Source of the DNA: an uncultured Gammaproteobacteria bacterium
Lineage (GTDB): Bacteria; Pseudomonadota; Gammaproteobacteria; Magnimaribacterales; Magnimaribacteraceae
Direction of reading: 5' to 3'
DNA: 64,000 bases
NCBI GenBank assembly: GCA_964571215.1
Contig: CAZMZZ010000002.1
Span: 302 to 64,301 of the forward strand
Shown in pieces: positions 19,784 to 30,081 of the stretch. Under the pieces are notes generated by a model. That model had not been told where the DNA came from. It did no database searches and saw only the letters and a list, made by a program, of their open reading frames with translations. Position numbers and translations under genes: made by a program. Each line of letters starts with the position of its first letter. Within the stretch, counting starts at the first letter, position 1.

Positions 19784-20632
19784 ATGAAAAAATTCAAAAG
19801 CATTCTTAAACTTATTAGATTCCATAAGCCAATAGGCACCTTTTTGCTGCTTTGGCCTACTTTAAGTGCATTCTTTATTATTACTCAAGGAAATCCTTCT
19901 ATTGATTTATTAATTGTATTTACCTTAGGAACTTTTCTTATGAGATCTGCGGGGTGTGTAATAAATGATTATTTTGATAAAGATATAGATGGAAGGGTTG
20001 AAAGAACTAGGGATAGGCCATTAGTAACTGGTGATATTTCTCCTAAAGAAGCCCTGTATGTATTTTTTTGTTTACTGGGTTTGGCTTCAGTATTATTAAT
20101 ATGGACTAATGTATTAACAGTTATTCTAGCCTTCTTGGGTGCCCTTCTTGCTGTATTTTATCCCCTCACAAAGAGAATTTTTAAAATTCCACAAATCTTT
20201 CTTGGATTTGCTTTTTCATGGGGAGTCATAATGGTTTCTGCGGCCGAAACAAGCTCCATAAGCCCTTCTTCAATACTAATCTTCACAGCATGTTTCTTTT
20301 GGATAATTGCTTATGACACTGCATACGCTATGAGTGATCAAGAAGATGATTTAAAATTAGAAGTACACTCTTCTGCTTTAACCTTTGGATCTTATGTAAA
20401 AATTGTTTTCTTACTTTGCCAGTGTGTTTCTTTATTCTTTTGGAGTCTGACAGGATTTATCCAATCTTTGTCTCTCATTTATTATATTTTTCTTTTCTCA
20501 ACAACTTTCTTGGTTGTGTATCAATATAATCTTATAAAGAATTATGATCGTAAAAAATGCCTGAAAGCTTTTCAAAATAATTACTGGATTGGTTTGATAA
20601 TTTTTTTAGGCTCAGTTTTGGGTAATTTATAA
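19784..20632 (+). CDS. ubiA: 4-hydroxybenzoate polyprenyltransferase
   Basis: Prenyltransferase motif NDYFDKDIDGRVERTRDRPL with a polytopic profile. Confidence 0.9.
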   Translation: MKKFKSILKLIRFHKPIGTFLLLWPTLSAFFIITQGNPSIDLLIVFTLGTFLMRSAGCVINDYFDKDIDGRVERTRDRPLVTGDISPKEALYVFFCLLGLASVLLIWTNVLTVILAFLGALLAVFYPLTKRIFKIPQIFLGFAFSWGVIMVSAAETSSISPSSILIFTACFFWIIAYDTAYAMSDQEDDLKLEVHSSALTFGSYVKIVFLLCQCVSLFFWSLTGFIQSLSLIYYIFLFSTTFLVVYQYNLIKNYDRKKCLKAFQNNYWIGLIIFLGSVLGNL

Positions 20633-21804
20633 TGCAAATTTCATTTCTGGATTCTATAGAGAAAATATCTGAAGAAGCCTGGAATGGGATAATAAATTCT
20701 GATTATCCATTTATTCAGTACTCTTTCTTAAAAACATTAGAAAGCACAAATTGTGTAGGTGAAGGTACTGGTTGGTTACCCTTCCATCTTGTAATAAAAG
20801 AAGACAATCTTCTTATTGGAATAATGCCCTTATACCTAAAAACTGATTCTCATGGTGAATTTATATTTGATTGGGCATGGGCTAATGCTTTTTTTCAAAA
20901 TGGCTTGGATTATTATCCCAAACTAGTTTCTGCCATTCCATTTACTCCAGCTCAGGGTCCCAGACTGTGCTTGATAAATGAAAATAAAAGAATTTCTGCA
21001 CTTCAAAAAATTAAAAAAGAAATTGAGGCGCTGGCTACTAACTCTGATATATCAAGCATGCACATACTGCTTCCCAAAAAAGAGGAGTTAGATTTCTATA
21101 AAAAAACAGGTTTTAGCCAGAGAACAAGTTATTCTTTTCATTGGTTCAATAATAACTATAAAAACTTTGATGAGTTTCTTGCAGACTTAACATCTAGACA
21201 GAGAAAAAATATAAAAAAGGAAAGAGAAAGGGTTGTAAGTCAGTCTATCTCTTTAGAAAAACTTGATGGAAAATCTATATCTGAAGATATATGGGATAAA
21301 TTTTATACATTCTACCAAGCTACATACTACAAAAGAGGAATGAGACCCTATCTTAGTCTTAACTTCTTTAAAGAAATTAGTTCAGTGCTACCTGAATCCA
21401 TTTTACTTATTATGGCAAAAAATTCTTCTGATCAGTATGTAGCTGGGGCTTTAAATTTCTTAGATTCTAGCAATCTATATGGCAGGTATTGGGGTTGTTT
21501 AGATGAATATGATTCTTTGCACTTTGAGGCTTGTTATTATCAGGGAATAGATTTCTGCATAAATAATGGGTTAAAAAGATTTGATCCAGGTGTTCAAGGA
21601 GAGCATAAAATAAAGAGAGGATTTTGGCCAATTGAAACCTATTCAGCTCACTGGATTAAAGACCTTAGGTTCAAAAAAGCTATAGATAAATTCTTATTAG
21701 AAGAAGAAAAACACATAAGAGATTACACAAATGAAAGTAGGTCTCTTTTGCCTTATAAAGCCTCTGTAAAAGTTAAAAGAAATAAAAGCAATGAATCTTC
21801 TTGA
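20632..21804 (+). CDS. FemAB-like/GNAT-fold protein of unknown function (DUF482-like)
   Basis: 390 aa. By recollection it resembles the PF04339 family over its full length (..YPFIQYSFL..LE.., ..GRYWGC..FEACYYQGI..). The start overlaps the ubiA stop as TAATG. Confidence 0.55.
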   Translation: MQISFLDSIEKISEEAWNGIINSDYPFIQYSFLKTLESTNCVGEGTGWLPFHLVIKEDNLLIGIMPLYLKTDSHGEFIFDWAWANAFFQNGLDYYPKLVSAIPFTPAQGPRLCLINENKRISALQKIKKEIEALATNSDISSMHILLPKKEELDFYKKTGFSQRTSYSFHWFNNNYKNFDEFLADLTSRQRKNIKKERERVVSQSISLEKLDGKSISEDIWDKFYTFYQATYYKRGMRPYLSLNFFKEISSVLPESILLIMAKNSSDQYVAGALNFLDSSNLYGRYWGCLDEYDSLHFEACYYQGIDFCINNGLKRFDPGVQGEHKIKRGFWPIETYSAHWIKDLRFKKAIDKFLLEEEKHIRDYTNESRSLLPYKASVKVKRNKSNESS

Positions 21805-22402
21805 TAAAGATACAACCCAAGAAGCTATTCAACATTTGAGAAAGGTAGACAAAGATCTTAAAAGTATTTTGGATAAAAATAAAAATATTGTACAAACCTT
21901 TAAAAGAACAAATGGATTTATTGGTCTTATTAACCTTATTGTAGAACAACAACTTTCTGTAGCTTCAGCTAAAGCTATATTTAGCAGGTTAGAAAGAAAA
22001 ATAAGTCCCTTTTCAGCACAGAATTTCATTAATACTAAAGAAAAAGATCTTAAAGACTGCGGTCTTAGTAATCAAAAGATCAATTATTGTTTGGGTATAG
22101 CCCAAGCAGTTAATCAAAAACAATTGAATTTTAAAAAACTTGAATCTATGCAAAATCAAGAGGTTGTTAACAAACTAACTAGTTTCAAAGGAATAGGTGA
22201 ATGGACGGCTAATTGTTATCTATTAGCTTGTATGTCGAGAGCAGATGCATGGCCAGCAAATGACTTGGGTATTCAAGTTGCTATAAAGAAAATTAAGAAA
22301 CTTAAAAACCGACCCGATAAGTTGACAACAGAGAAAATTGCTGAACCGTGGAGACCATATAGATCTGTTGCTGCGTTATTATTATGGTCCACATATGATT
22401 AA
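21791..22402 (+). CDS. DNA-3-methyladenine glycosylase II family (HhH-GPD)
   Basis: Helix-hairpin-helix LTSFKGIGEWTANCYLL and a catalytic-Asp context WPANDLG. Confidence 0.75.
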   Translation: MNLLDKDTTQEAIQHLRKVDKDLKSILDKNKNIVQTFKRTNGFIGLINLIVEQQLSVASAKAIFSRLERKISPFSAQNFINTKEKDLKDCGLSNQKINYCLGIAQAVNQKQLNFKKLESMQNQEVVNKLTSFKGIGEWTANCYLLACMSRADAWPANDLGIQVAIKKIKKLKNRPDKLTTEKIAEPWRPYRSVAALLLWSTYD

Positions 22403-22877
22403 AAATAAAAAACAGAAGAAACATTATGATAGTCGTAGATTTAAATACAATCTAGACTACCTGTTTGAACTTTATGAAAATAACTACCTAAAATTAATAG
22501 ACCTTCTTAATACTACCGAGGATTCTTTTTCTCTTTCATACAAATTACCTAGAGGAAAAAATTATTCAGTAATTTCAATAAACGTAAAAAGAAATTCAAA
22601 ATACACCTCCACTTTATACGTATTACAAAAAAACGATTATCTAGAAAGCGTTCCTGATTTAGAAATTGAGGCTTTAATTTTTAATGATCTAAAAATGATA
22701 GAAGTAAAAAAGATTAATAAAGAAATTTTAATATGGTCTAGGTATAGATACCCCAATAGTCGTATGTTTAGTAAAGATGAAAAATATCAATGGAATTATT
22801 TTTTCTCGCAATGGTTAAGCAATTCTTTGAAAGAAGGGCTTGCTATTGATTTTACAACTAAATACGTTCCAATTTAG
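22395..22877 (+). CDS. DUF1249 (YqiB-like) family protein
   Basis: N-terminal ..LFELYENNYLKLIDLL.. is typical of DUF1249. I chose the in-frame ATG at 22395 instead of the track start at 22338, which would overlap the glycosylase gene by 65 nt. Confidence 0.45.
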   Translation: MIKNKKQKKHYDSRRFKYNLDYLFELYENNYLKLIDLLNTTEDSFSLSYKLPRGKNYSVISINVKRNSKYTSTLYVLQKNDYLESVPDLEIEALIFNDLKMIEVKKINKEILIWSRYRYPNSRMFSKDEKYQWNYFFSQWLSNSLKEGLAIDFTTKYVPI

Positions 22878-22894
22878 TGCACATGCACTAAATT
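22871..22894 (+). terminator. 24-nt palindrome AATTTAGTGCA-CA-TGCACTAAATT followed by a T-rich run; terminator or operator candidate
   Basis: Perfect 11-nt inverted arms overlap the TAG stop at 22875..22877 and are followed by ATTATTTTTCTT. It lies 89 nt upstream of ntrB. Confidence 0.35.
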
Positions 22895-22982
22895 ATTATT
22901 TTTCTTGCCTTTAATATCTATTTTTTGGTCCTATTTAGGTCCTTTTTTGCTAAGCTGTTTACATTAAACAATTGCAATTAAA

Positions 22983-24080
22983 ATGGAAATTGAAAAAGCT
23001 CCTTATATTACGGACCTAAACACAGGAGTAATTGTGTTAGACAAAAGCTTGTGTATAAAGTACTTAAATAGTTCAGCAGAATCTATGTTAGATACAAGCT
23101 CTAAGACAGTTGTAGACAAACCTTTATCAAATTTATTTTATGAAGAGCCTGATAATTTAAAAATTTTTAAAGATTGTTTAAAGAAAAAAGAAAATTTTTT
23201 TAAAGTAGATACATTTCTTTTGCTTAAAGCTAATAAAAAAATTCTTTGTGATTACTACCTTCATCCTCTGTCCAATGATAGGGTAAAAAACGGACTTCTA
23301 CTTGAAATAATTAGCAAAGAATTTTCTTCTGAAATAAGAGATCAACATAGAAGACAAACTAATCAAGAAATAACAAATGCTCTTATTAAAAATTTAGCCC
23401 ATGAAATAAAAAACCCTTTAAGTGGTATAAGGGGAGCAGCTCAATTACTAAGTCAAAAACTTCCCGACACAACTTTAGATGAATATACCAATATCATAAT
23501 TAATCAAACAGATAGACTAACTTCTTTGGTAGATAGTATGTTAGGTCCAAATAAACATCCTTCTTTGCAGTTCTTAAATGTTCATTTACCAATCGAGAAT
23601 GTTTTCACTTTAATGAAGCAAGAGTTTATAAAAGAAGAAATTGAGTTGAAAAAAGATTTTGACCCTAGTATTCCAGAACTTATGCTAGATAGTTATCTTT
23701 TTGAACAAGCAATTCTAAATCTTGTTAGAAATGCTAAAGAGGCTCTGATTCTGGCTGATACTCCTTCTCCAAGTATAGAAATATCAACAAGAATAATACA
23801 TCAAGAATTTATAGGAGACATAAAGCAAAAAACTGTTTGTAAAATTTCTGTCAAAGACAATGGACCAGGGATACCGGAAGAAATCAAAGAATCAATTTTT
23901 TTCCCTATGATTTCTGGAAAAGATATTGGCTCTGGGTTAGGTCTTTCTATAACCCAAGGGATAATTTCTCTACATAAAGGAACGGTAGGGTTTAATAGCA
24001 TTCAAGGAGAAACAGAGTTCTATATACTTATGCCAATAAAAGCTTGTAATGGTTTCCCAAAAAAAATCCAGAATTCTTAA
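22983..24080 (+). CDS. glnL: nitrogen regulation sensor histidine kinase NtrB
   Basis: PAS-like N-terminus and H-box LAHEIKNPLSGIRGAAQLL. N/G boxes are LVRNAKEA, DNGPGIPEE and GSGLGLS. Paired with an NtrC-type regulator. Confidence 0.8.
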   Translation: MEIEKAPYITDLNTGVIVLDKSLCIKYLNSSAESMLDTSSKTVVDKPLSNLFYEEPDNLKIFKDCLKKKENFFKVDTFLLLKANKKILCDYYLHPLSNDRVKNGLLLEIISKEFSSEIRDQHRRQTNQEITNALIKNLAHEIKNPLSGIRGAAQLLSQKLPDTTLDEYTNIIINQTDRLTSLVDSMLGPNKHPSLQFLNVHLPIENVFTLMKQEFIKEEIELKKDFDPSIPELMLDSYLFEQAILNLVRNAKEALILADTPSPSIEISTRIIHQEFIGDIKQKTVCKISVKDNGPGIPEEIKESIFFPMISGKDIGSGLGLSITQGIISLHKGTVGFNSIQGETEFYILMPIKACNGFPKKIQNS

Positions 24081-25477
24081 TGAATAAAGAAAAATCAGTA
24101 TGGATAATAGATGACGATGAATCTATAAGGTGGGTATTAGAAAAAAGCCTGTCTGAAAATGGATTTGAGGTATCTAGTTTTGAGTCTGCAGATCAAGCTT
24201 TAAAGAAAATAAAAGCAGACCCCCCTAAGGTAATCCTGTCTGATATAAGAATGACTGGGACAACAGGTATAGAGTTACTAGATGAAGTAAAAGAAAGCCA
24301 GCTTGATATCCCAATAATCATTATGACCGCACATTCAGATCTTAAGAGTGCTGTAGAGTCATATGAACATGGTGCTTGGGAATACTTACCAAAACCATTC
24401 GATATAAAAGAAGCAGTAAAGATAGTTGGAAGAGCAATTAAAGAAAACAAGAAAGAAACTAAAGCTGATGAAAAAGAAGAGAATGTAGAAATAGTTGGAG
24501 AAGCAGCAGCTATGCAAGAGGTTTATAGGGCGATAGGTAAACTTTCTAACTCTAATTCTACAGTTCTTTTGGTTGGTGAATCCGGAACTGGTAAAGAGCT
24601 AGTGGCTAAAGCAATTTACCAACACAGCCTAAGAAGAGAAAATCCCTTTATAGCTTTAAATATGGCTGATATTCCTAAGGACTTATTGGAAGCAGAGCTG
24701 TTTGGGCATGAAAGGGGTGCGTTTACCGGTGCAGAAGAGAAAAGAATAGGTAGATTTGAACAAGCCAATGAAGGGACTCTCTTTTTAGATGAAATAGGAG
24801 ATATGCCGTTAGAAACTCAAACAAGACTTCTAAGAGTTCTTGCAAATGGTGAATTCTACAGAATTGGAGGAAGAGAACCGGTAAAGGTAAACGTAAGAAT
24901 TATTGCAGCTACTCATCAAAACTTAGAAGATAATGTTAAACAAAGGACTTTTAGAGAAGATCTTTTCCACAGATTAAATGTAATCAAACTTGATCTACCA
25001 AAGTTAAATGAAAGAAAAGAAGACATCCCTATATTGGCTAAACACTTCTTAAAGATTTCTTGTAAGGAAATAGGAGAGTTAGAGACTAAATTTCTTACTA
25101 AAGAAGCAGAAGAGTACTTTTTACATTTACCCTGGCCTGGAAATGTTAGGCAATTAGAAAACGTATGTAGGTGGCTTACTGTAATGTCTCCATCTAAAGA
25201 AATAAGAATTGAAGACCTTCCAAAAGAACTATTAACAGAACCTTCAAATACACAAAAGAACTGGTCAGAAACTTTAAGACAGTGGGTCGCAGACTCTTTC
25301 CTAAAAGGGGAAACTAACATCTTAGAGCTCACTCTACCTGAGTTTGAAAAGACTTTAATTGAAGAAGCTCTAAAGAAGACCAAAGGAAAAAAGAAGGAGG
25401 CGGCTAAATTATTAGGATGGGGAAGAAATACTCTGACAAGAAAGATTAAAGAAATTGGAATCAAACAAATAGAATGA
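24080..25477 (+). CDS. glnG: sigma54-dependent response regulator NtrC
   Basis: Receiver domain. AAA+ motifs [16 protein letters not shown] and AELFGHE. C-terminal [21 protein letters not shown]. Confidence 0.85.
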   Translation: MNKEKSVWIIDDDESIRWVLEKSLSENGFEVSSFESADQALKKIKADPPKVILSDIRMTGTTGIELLDEVKESQLDIPIIIMTAHSDLKSAVESYEHGAWEYLPKPFDIKEAVKIVGRAIKENKKETKADEKEENVEIVGEAAAMQEVYRAIGKLSNSNSTVLLVGESGTGKELVAKAIYQHSLRRENPFIALNMADIPKDLLEAELFGHERGAFTGAEEKRIGRFEQANEGTLFLDEIGDMPLETQTRLLRVLANGEFYRIGGREPVKVNVRIIAATHQNLEDNVKQRTFREDLFHRLNVIKLDLPKLNERKEDIPILAKHFLKISCKEIGELETKFLTKEAEEYFLHLPWPGNVRQLENVCRWLTVMSPSKEIRIEDLPKELLTEPSNTQKNWSETLRQWVADSFLKGETNILELTLPEFEKTLIEEALKKTKGKKKEAAKLLGWGRNTLTRKIKEIGIKQIE

Positions 25478-25481
25478 TTAG

Positions 25482-26168
25482 ATGAAAATATGGCCCATTC
25501 CCTTTCTGCTAGGTGTCTTAGCAATTATAGCTGGGAATTTAAGCTTTATTCTTGCCGTTAAAGAGGGTTTTATAGATATTTGTTTTCCCTACCTTGAGGG
25601 TTGCTCTTCTATCAGCAAAACTGGCAGACAGGGTTTGTCATTTGTAATTTTCAAGTTAATTATATTGCCAGTCATGACCCTCCTTTCAATCTATTGGCTC
25701 TTAAGTTACTACCTTATAAAAAAAACTATTGAAGTTAATAAGTTAGCCTTACAAACAATGCTTACTTCTGGGCTTGTAGGGTCTGTCTTTGGAATTATTT
25801 ATGCTTCTTTTTTGGGATCTGAAGGAGATATTTATCAACTGCTTAGACGCTTTGGAATTTACTTTTTTTTCTTAGGTACTTATTTAAGTCAAGTTGTGGA
25901 AGTTTATTTGTTGTTGAAATCACAAAAAAATCTCAACTCTATTTATCCAAAAATTATGAAATCTTTAACTTCCCTTATAGGTTTAGTTCTTGTTTTTTCG
26001 TTACCTATATACGGCTTTATAGAAGAGGATGATTGGCTAGAAAATATTTTAGAATGGAATATAACTCTACTTATTTTTATATATTTCATTCTTGCTTCTC
26101 TATTCTGGAAAGAAAAAGATTATTTGTTTGTATTAAGATCTAACTATTTAGACAAAGGCAAACCTTGA
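25482..26168 (+). CDS. six-TM membrane protein of unknown function
   Basis: About six hydrophobic segments, with a Cys pair CFPYLEGC in the first loop. It starts 4 nt after the ntrC stop. I recognised no family. Confidence 0.5.
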   Translation: MKIWPIPFLLGVLAIIAGNLSFILAVKEGFIDICFPYLEGCSSISKTGRQGLSFVIFKLIILPVMTLLSIYWLLSYYLIKKTIEVNKLALQTMLTSGLVGSVFGIIYASFLGSEGDIYQLLRRFGIYFFFLGTYLSQVVEVYLLLKSQKNLNSIYPKIMKSLTSLIGLVLVFSLPIYGFIEEDDWLENILEWNITLLIFIYFILASLFWKEKDYLFVLRSNYLDKGKP

Positions 26169-26557
26169 CTTTGCCATGCCATCATTCCACCTGACATTAC
26201 GTTGATATCTTGAAAGCCTACTTTCTTTAACTCTTTGCCTGCTGAGCTAGAACTGCTTCCTGTTCTACACACCAATATTATTGGTCTTTCTTTAGAGGTT
26301 TTAAGTGAGTTTATCTTTTCTAGAATGTTTTTGGGTTCAACGTTGTGAGAACCAACTATGTGTCCTGAAGAAAATTCTGAAGAAGACCTCAGGTCTAATA
26401 AAAGACCTTCTTCTTTATTTATAAGTCTAGTTACTTCATTTGAATCTATCTTCTTTCCTCCCTGATTCTTTTCATGCAGAAATAAGAGCAAGATCAAAAA
26501 CAATAAAAGAAAGAAAACTATATAATTTTCTCCTATGAATAAAAATAAGGCATCCAT
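26144..26557 (-). CDS. membrane-anchored rhodanese-domain protein (YibN-like)
   Basis: N-terminal TM helix and rhodanese active-site loop CRTGSSSS. Confidence 0.75.
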   Translation of the reverse strand: MDALFLFIGENYIVFFLLLFLILLLFLHEKNQGGKKIDSNEVTRLINKEEGLLLDLRSSSEFSSGHIVGSHNVEPKNILEKINSLKTSKERPIILVCRTGSSSSSAGKELKKVGFQDINVMSGGMMAWQSQGLPLSK

Positions 26558-26618
26558 ATCTAATAATTATATAGCTTACGAAGCTAGAATAGTGTCTTTA
26601 CAATAAAATAGTAATCGA

Positions 26619-27248
26619 ATGCAAATACAAGAAGCAGCTTTAGTTTTGATTAGGCATGGAGAAAGTGAATGGAACAAAAAAAACTTATTTACCGGTTGGA
26701 AGAATCCTGGATTAAGTGAAAGGGGAAAAATGGAAGCTTTAGCAGCAGGAAAGGCCCTTAAAAAATATGATTATAAATTTAGTACTTTATTTACTTCAGA
26801 CCTTATAAGAGCTCAAAAAACTGGAGAGATGATATTAAATGAAATTAATCAAAAAAATATTAAGGTAGAAAAGGACAAAGCATTAAATGAAAGGAATTAT
26901 GGAGCTTTAGCAGGTTTAAATAAAGATGAGGCTAGAAAAAAATGGGGTGAGAAACAGGTGCATATATGGAGAAGATCTTATGATATTAGCCCTCCTGAAG
27001 GGGAAAGTTTAAAGAATACAGCAGAAAGAGTTTTACCCTACTTTCATAAAAATATTTTTCCTTTATTAGAAAAGGGTGAAAATATTTTAGTTGCAGCTCA
27101 TGGCAACTCCCTAAGATCCCTTGTCATGTATTTAGATGAATTAAGCCCGCAACAAGTAGTAAAAATTGAACTTAAGACAGGTGGGCCAATTATTTATAGG
27201 TTTAAAGAAAATGGAGCTGTAAAAGATAAAATATTTGTTGAAACCTAA
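26619..27248 (+). CDS. gpmA: 2,3-bisphosphoglycerate-dependent phosphoglycerate mutase (short form)
   Basis: [18 protein letters not shown] and AAHGNSLR histidine-phosphatase motifs. Confidence 0.85.
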   Translation: MQIQEAALVLIRHGESEWNKKNLFTGWKNPGLSERGKMEALAAGKALKKYDYKFSTLFTSDLIRAQKTGEMILNEINQKNIKVEKDKALNERNYGALAGLNKDEARKKWGEKQVHIWRRSYDISPPEGESLKNTAERVLPYFHKNIFPLLEKGENILVAAHGNSLRSLVMYLDELSPQQVVKIELKTGGPIIYRFKENGAVKDKIFVET

Positions 27249-28021
27249 TTTTTTATTGGCCTAACTTTTATTCCAGCCTTAAACAAAGAATGTTTGACTT
27301 GTTCTATAGAGTATTCAGAAAAATGAAAAACACTCGCGGCTAAAACTGCTTCTACTCCTCCTAGAATTATTCCGTCTATTAAGTGTTCTAAATTTCCAGC
27401 TCCACCTGAAGCAATAACTGGAATATTTATTGAAGAAGAAATGGTTTTATTCAAATCATTATCATACCCCTCTTTGGTTCCATCTCTATCCATGCTTGTT
27501 AATAGAATCTCCCCTGCGCCTAACTCCTCTAAATTACAACACCAAGTAAGCACATCTTTACCAGTAGACCTCCTTCCTCCGTACGTGACAACTTCCCAAG
27601 AATTATTTTCATTAACTCTTTTTTTTGAATCCACTGCAGCCACAATACATTGAGATCCAAACTTATCTGCAGCTTCTTTAACAAAGTCTGGATTTTCTAC
27701 CGCCGCTGTATTAATGCTTACTTTATCTGCACCAGATCTTAGTAAAGCCCTTATATCTAAAGTATTTCTAACCCCCCCTCCAACTGTTAAAGGGATAAAA
27801 ACTTCACAAGCAATCTCTTCAATAGTCTTGTAAACAATATCTCTATTTTCACTACTAGCAGTTATATCTAGTATAGTTATTTCATCTGCTCCCTCTTCCT
27901 CATACCTTCTAGCTATGCTTACAGGGTCACCTGCATCAACAATATTTTTAAAATTTATACCTTTTACTACCCTGCCCTTATCTATATCTAGACAGGGGAT
28001 AATTCTTTTTGCTACTGACAT
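27245..28021 (-). CDS. hisF: imidazole glycerol phosphate synthase cyclase subunit
   Basis: KRIIPCLDI.., ..VGGGVR.. and ..ASGGAG.. are typical HisF motifs. Confidence 0.95.
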   Translation of the reverse strand: MSVAKRIIPCLDIDKGRVVKGINFKNIVDAGDPVSIARRYEEEGADEITILDITASSENRDIVYKTIEEIACEVFIPLTVGGGVRNTLDIRALLRSGADKVSINTAAVENPDFVKEAADKFGSQCIVAAVDSKKRVNENNSWEVVTYGGRRSTGKDVLTWCCNLEELGAGEILLTSMDRDGTKEGYDNDLNKTISSSINIPVIASGGAGNLEHLIDGIILGGVEAVLAASVFHFSEYSIEQVKHSLFKAGIKVRPIKN

Positions 28022-28026
28022 AGTGA

Positions 28027-28764
28027 TTATTTAGCTAAAGTTATAGCTTCCTTCAAAGTAAAAGAATTCTCATAGAGAGCCCTACCACATATAACTCCAG
28101 ATATAATTTCTGATTTATTTTCGTGATTGATTTTTATTATTGACCTCAGATCATTAAGATTAGAGATTCCTCCAGAAATTATTATTGGTGTCTCACATAA
28201 AGAAGACAATTGAGAAATTGATCTTAAATTGGGACCTTGCATCATGCCATCTCTAGATATATCAGTTATAACGATGGCTGCGAGAGGAAGATCTTTAAAT
28301 CTATCTATTAACTTGCTTGGTGTAAGACCTGATTCTTGCTCCCAACCACCTGTTTTTACCTGATTTTCAAGAAAGTCTACTGCTAAGACTATCTTTTGTG
28401 GGTATAACCAAGATATTTCTTCAAGAAATTCAGGATCTTCAACTGCCTGTGTTCCTAAAACCACTCTTGATACCCCATTATCAATATAAGATGTAGCTGA
28501 TAAGATATTTCTTATACCACCTCCCACTTGAAACTCTACATTAGTAAAGGAACTAGAAATTTTTTTTATAATCTGATCATTTATTGGTCTACCTCTTAAC
28601 GCTCCTTCAAGGTCGACTATGTGTATTAGTTTTGCACCTTGAGAAATCCACTGTTCTACAATTTCTAAAGGCTCATCAGAAAAGACTTTTTCTGTTTCCA
28701 TCTTCCCCTGCCTCAGTCTAATGCATCTACCACCCTTTATGTCTATTGCGGGTATTATTATCAT
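28027..28764 (-). CDS. hisA: ProFAR isomerase
   Basis: [17 protein letters not shown] and ISGGIS. Sits in his operon context. Confidence 0.95.
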   Translation of the reverse strand: MIIIPAIDIKGGRCIRLRQGKMETEKVFSDEPLEIVEQWISQGAKLIHIVDLEGALRGRPINDQIIKKISSSFTNVEFQVGGGIRNILSATSYIDNGVSRVVLGTQAVEDPEFLEEISWLYPQKIVLAVDFLENQVKTGGWEQESGLTPSKLIDRFKDLPLAAIVITDISRDGMMQGPNLRSISQLSSLCETPIIISGGISNLNDLRSIIKINHENKSEIISGVICGRALYENSFTLKEAITLAK

Positions 28765-29384
28765 TAAGATTCACCTTCCCAATTTAAAAAATTTCTATAG
28801 AAAGCTAATCCATTTTTTTGACTTTTCTCTGGATGAAATTGGACGGCAAAGACGTTTTGATCAGCAATAGCTGAAATAAATTTTGCACCATGTTCAGTCT
28901 TACCAATAGCTGAATCTGAAGAAAAGCAAGAATAACTGTGAACAAAATAAAAATAGCTCCTGTTTTCTATGTCTTTCCAAAGTTCATGATCTTTAATTTG
29001 CTCAACTTGATTCCAGCCCATATGGGGAACTTTTATATCGGGCCTATTTGGAATTTTTTTAACCTCGCCATTCAATACTCCTAAACCCATAACTCCATTA
29101 TTTTCCTCACTTTTCTCTAAAAGAATTTGCATACCCACGCAAACAGCCAAAGTGGGCTTTTTTTTCAAATTCTCAAGAATCACTTGTAAGAGATTTTCAG
29201 ACCTTAAAGAATTTATACAGTCCCTAATAGCACCAACTCCAGGTATTACTATCCTTGTTGAATCATTAATCTCCTTTTTATCAGAAGTTATGATGACCTT
29301 TGTTTTAGAAGAAACTTTCTCTAAAGCTTTCCCTACAGAATGTAAATTGCCCATGCCGTAATCAATTACAGCTACCTTATTCAC
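28764..29384 (-). CDS. hisH: imidazole glycerol phosphate synthase glutaminase subunit
   Basis: VAVIDYGMGNLHSV, GVCVGMQ (nucleophile Cys) and QFHPEKS. Confidence 0.95.
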   Translation of the reverse strand: MNKVAVIDYGMGNLHSVGKALEKVSSKTKVIITSDKKEINDSTRIVIPGVGAIRDCINSLRSENLLQVILENLKKKPTLAVCVGMQILLEKSEENNGVMGLGVLNGEVKKIPNRPDIKVPHMGWNQVEQIKDHELWKDIENRSYFYFVHSYSCFSSDSAIGKTEHGAKFISAIADQNVFAVQFHPEKSQKNGLAFYRNFLNWEGES

Positions 29385-29400
29385 CCGCTTTACTCCTTTC

Positions 29401-29988
29401 TTACAGAGAACCCTTGGTAGAGGGTATAGAGTCTAAAAGCCTATCATCATGTTGTAGGGCCATCCTTAAAGCTCTGCCAAAAGCTTTAAAAATTGTTTCT
29501 ATCTGATGGTGCGTATCTTCAGCGTAGAAATTATCAATATGAAGTGTAACAAAAGAATGATTACAAAAAGATTGAAAGAAGTGTTTAAAAAGATCTGTCT
29601 GCATATTTCCAACCTTGTCACTTTTAAAGTCTACGTTCATGAATAACCCTGGTCTTCCAGAGAAATCTAAAACTACCCTTGAGAGAGATTCGTCTAAAGG
29701 AACATAAGCATACCCATATCGATTTATTCCTTTTTTTTCACCTGCTGCTTGCGCAATAGCTTGACCTAAACATATACCAATATCTTCTACCGTGTGGTGA
29801 TCATCAACATGATGATCGCCCTTTGCTCTAACTTCGAGATCAATTACTCCATGACGCCCTATCTGATCAAGCATATGTTCTAGAAAAGGTAATTTTGTAT
29901 CAAAAACTGTCTTTCCTTTGCCATCAAGATTGATGACTATATTAACTTCTGTCTCGCTTGTAGACCTATTGATTTCTGCTTTTCTCAT
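29401..29988 (-). CDS. hisB: imidazoleglycerol-phosphate dehydratase (monofunctional)
   Basis: 195 aa with RSTSETEV.., [11 protein letters not shown] and TLHID. There is no phosphatase domain. Confidence 0.95.
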   Translation of the reverse strand: MRKAEINRSTSETEVNIVINLDGKGKTVFDTKLPFLEHMLDQIGRHGVIDLEVRAKGDHHVDDHHTVEDIGICLGQAIAQAAGEKKGINRYGYAYVPLDESLSRVVLDFSGRPGLFMNVDFKSDKVGNMQTDLFKHFFQSFCNHSFVTLHIDNFYAEDTHHQIETIFKAFGRALRMALQHDDRLLDSIPSTKGSL

Positions 29989-30081
29989 TTCTGTCTCGTA
30001 GCCTATAAAAAGAGGAGGCGCATTATAGCTGATATAGCTAACTAGACATATTAAGGTGTTATAAAATCTAACTATTTAGTT

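Noticed and set aside
22338-22394. The upstream extension of the DUF1249 ORF given by the track (start 22338).
   Set aside because: It would overlap the glycosylase gene by 65 nt. The encoded MLNRGDHIDLLLRYYYGPH is the out-of-frame reading of that gene's 3' end. The in-frame ATG at 22395 gives a family-typical N-terminus.
22934-22950. A sigma54-like -24/-12 element (AGGTCC-TTTTTTGCT) upstream of ntrB.
   Set aside because: The GG-to-GC spacing is one nucleotide shorter than the strictly conserved TGGCAC-N5-TTGC geometry, and the -24 element is poor.
24916-25524. A 202-aa minus-strand ORF antisense to ntrC. Similar long antisense ORFs occur at 16311..16736, 36557..36925, 41033..41398, 58915..59292 and 19484..19765.
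   Set aside because: All lie fully inside, or opposite, confidently identified genes. Their products are Ser/Leu/Phe-rich low-complexity strings without recognisable motifs, and they have no plausible Shine-Dalgarno. They are typical shadow ORFs. The 19484..19765 ORF is the shadow of the real rubredoxin gene.
29989-30081. The tandem TATAGCT-GA-TATAGCT repeat in the hisB/mutY divergent spacer, and the short AGCTT-acg-AAGCT palindrome at 26572..26586 in the rhodanese/gpmA spacer.
   Set aside because: Both are very short AT-rich motifs, and matches like these are expected by chance in AT-rich spacers. No supporting context exists.
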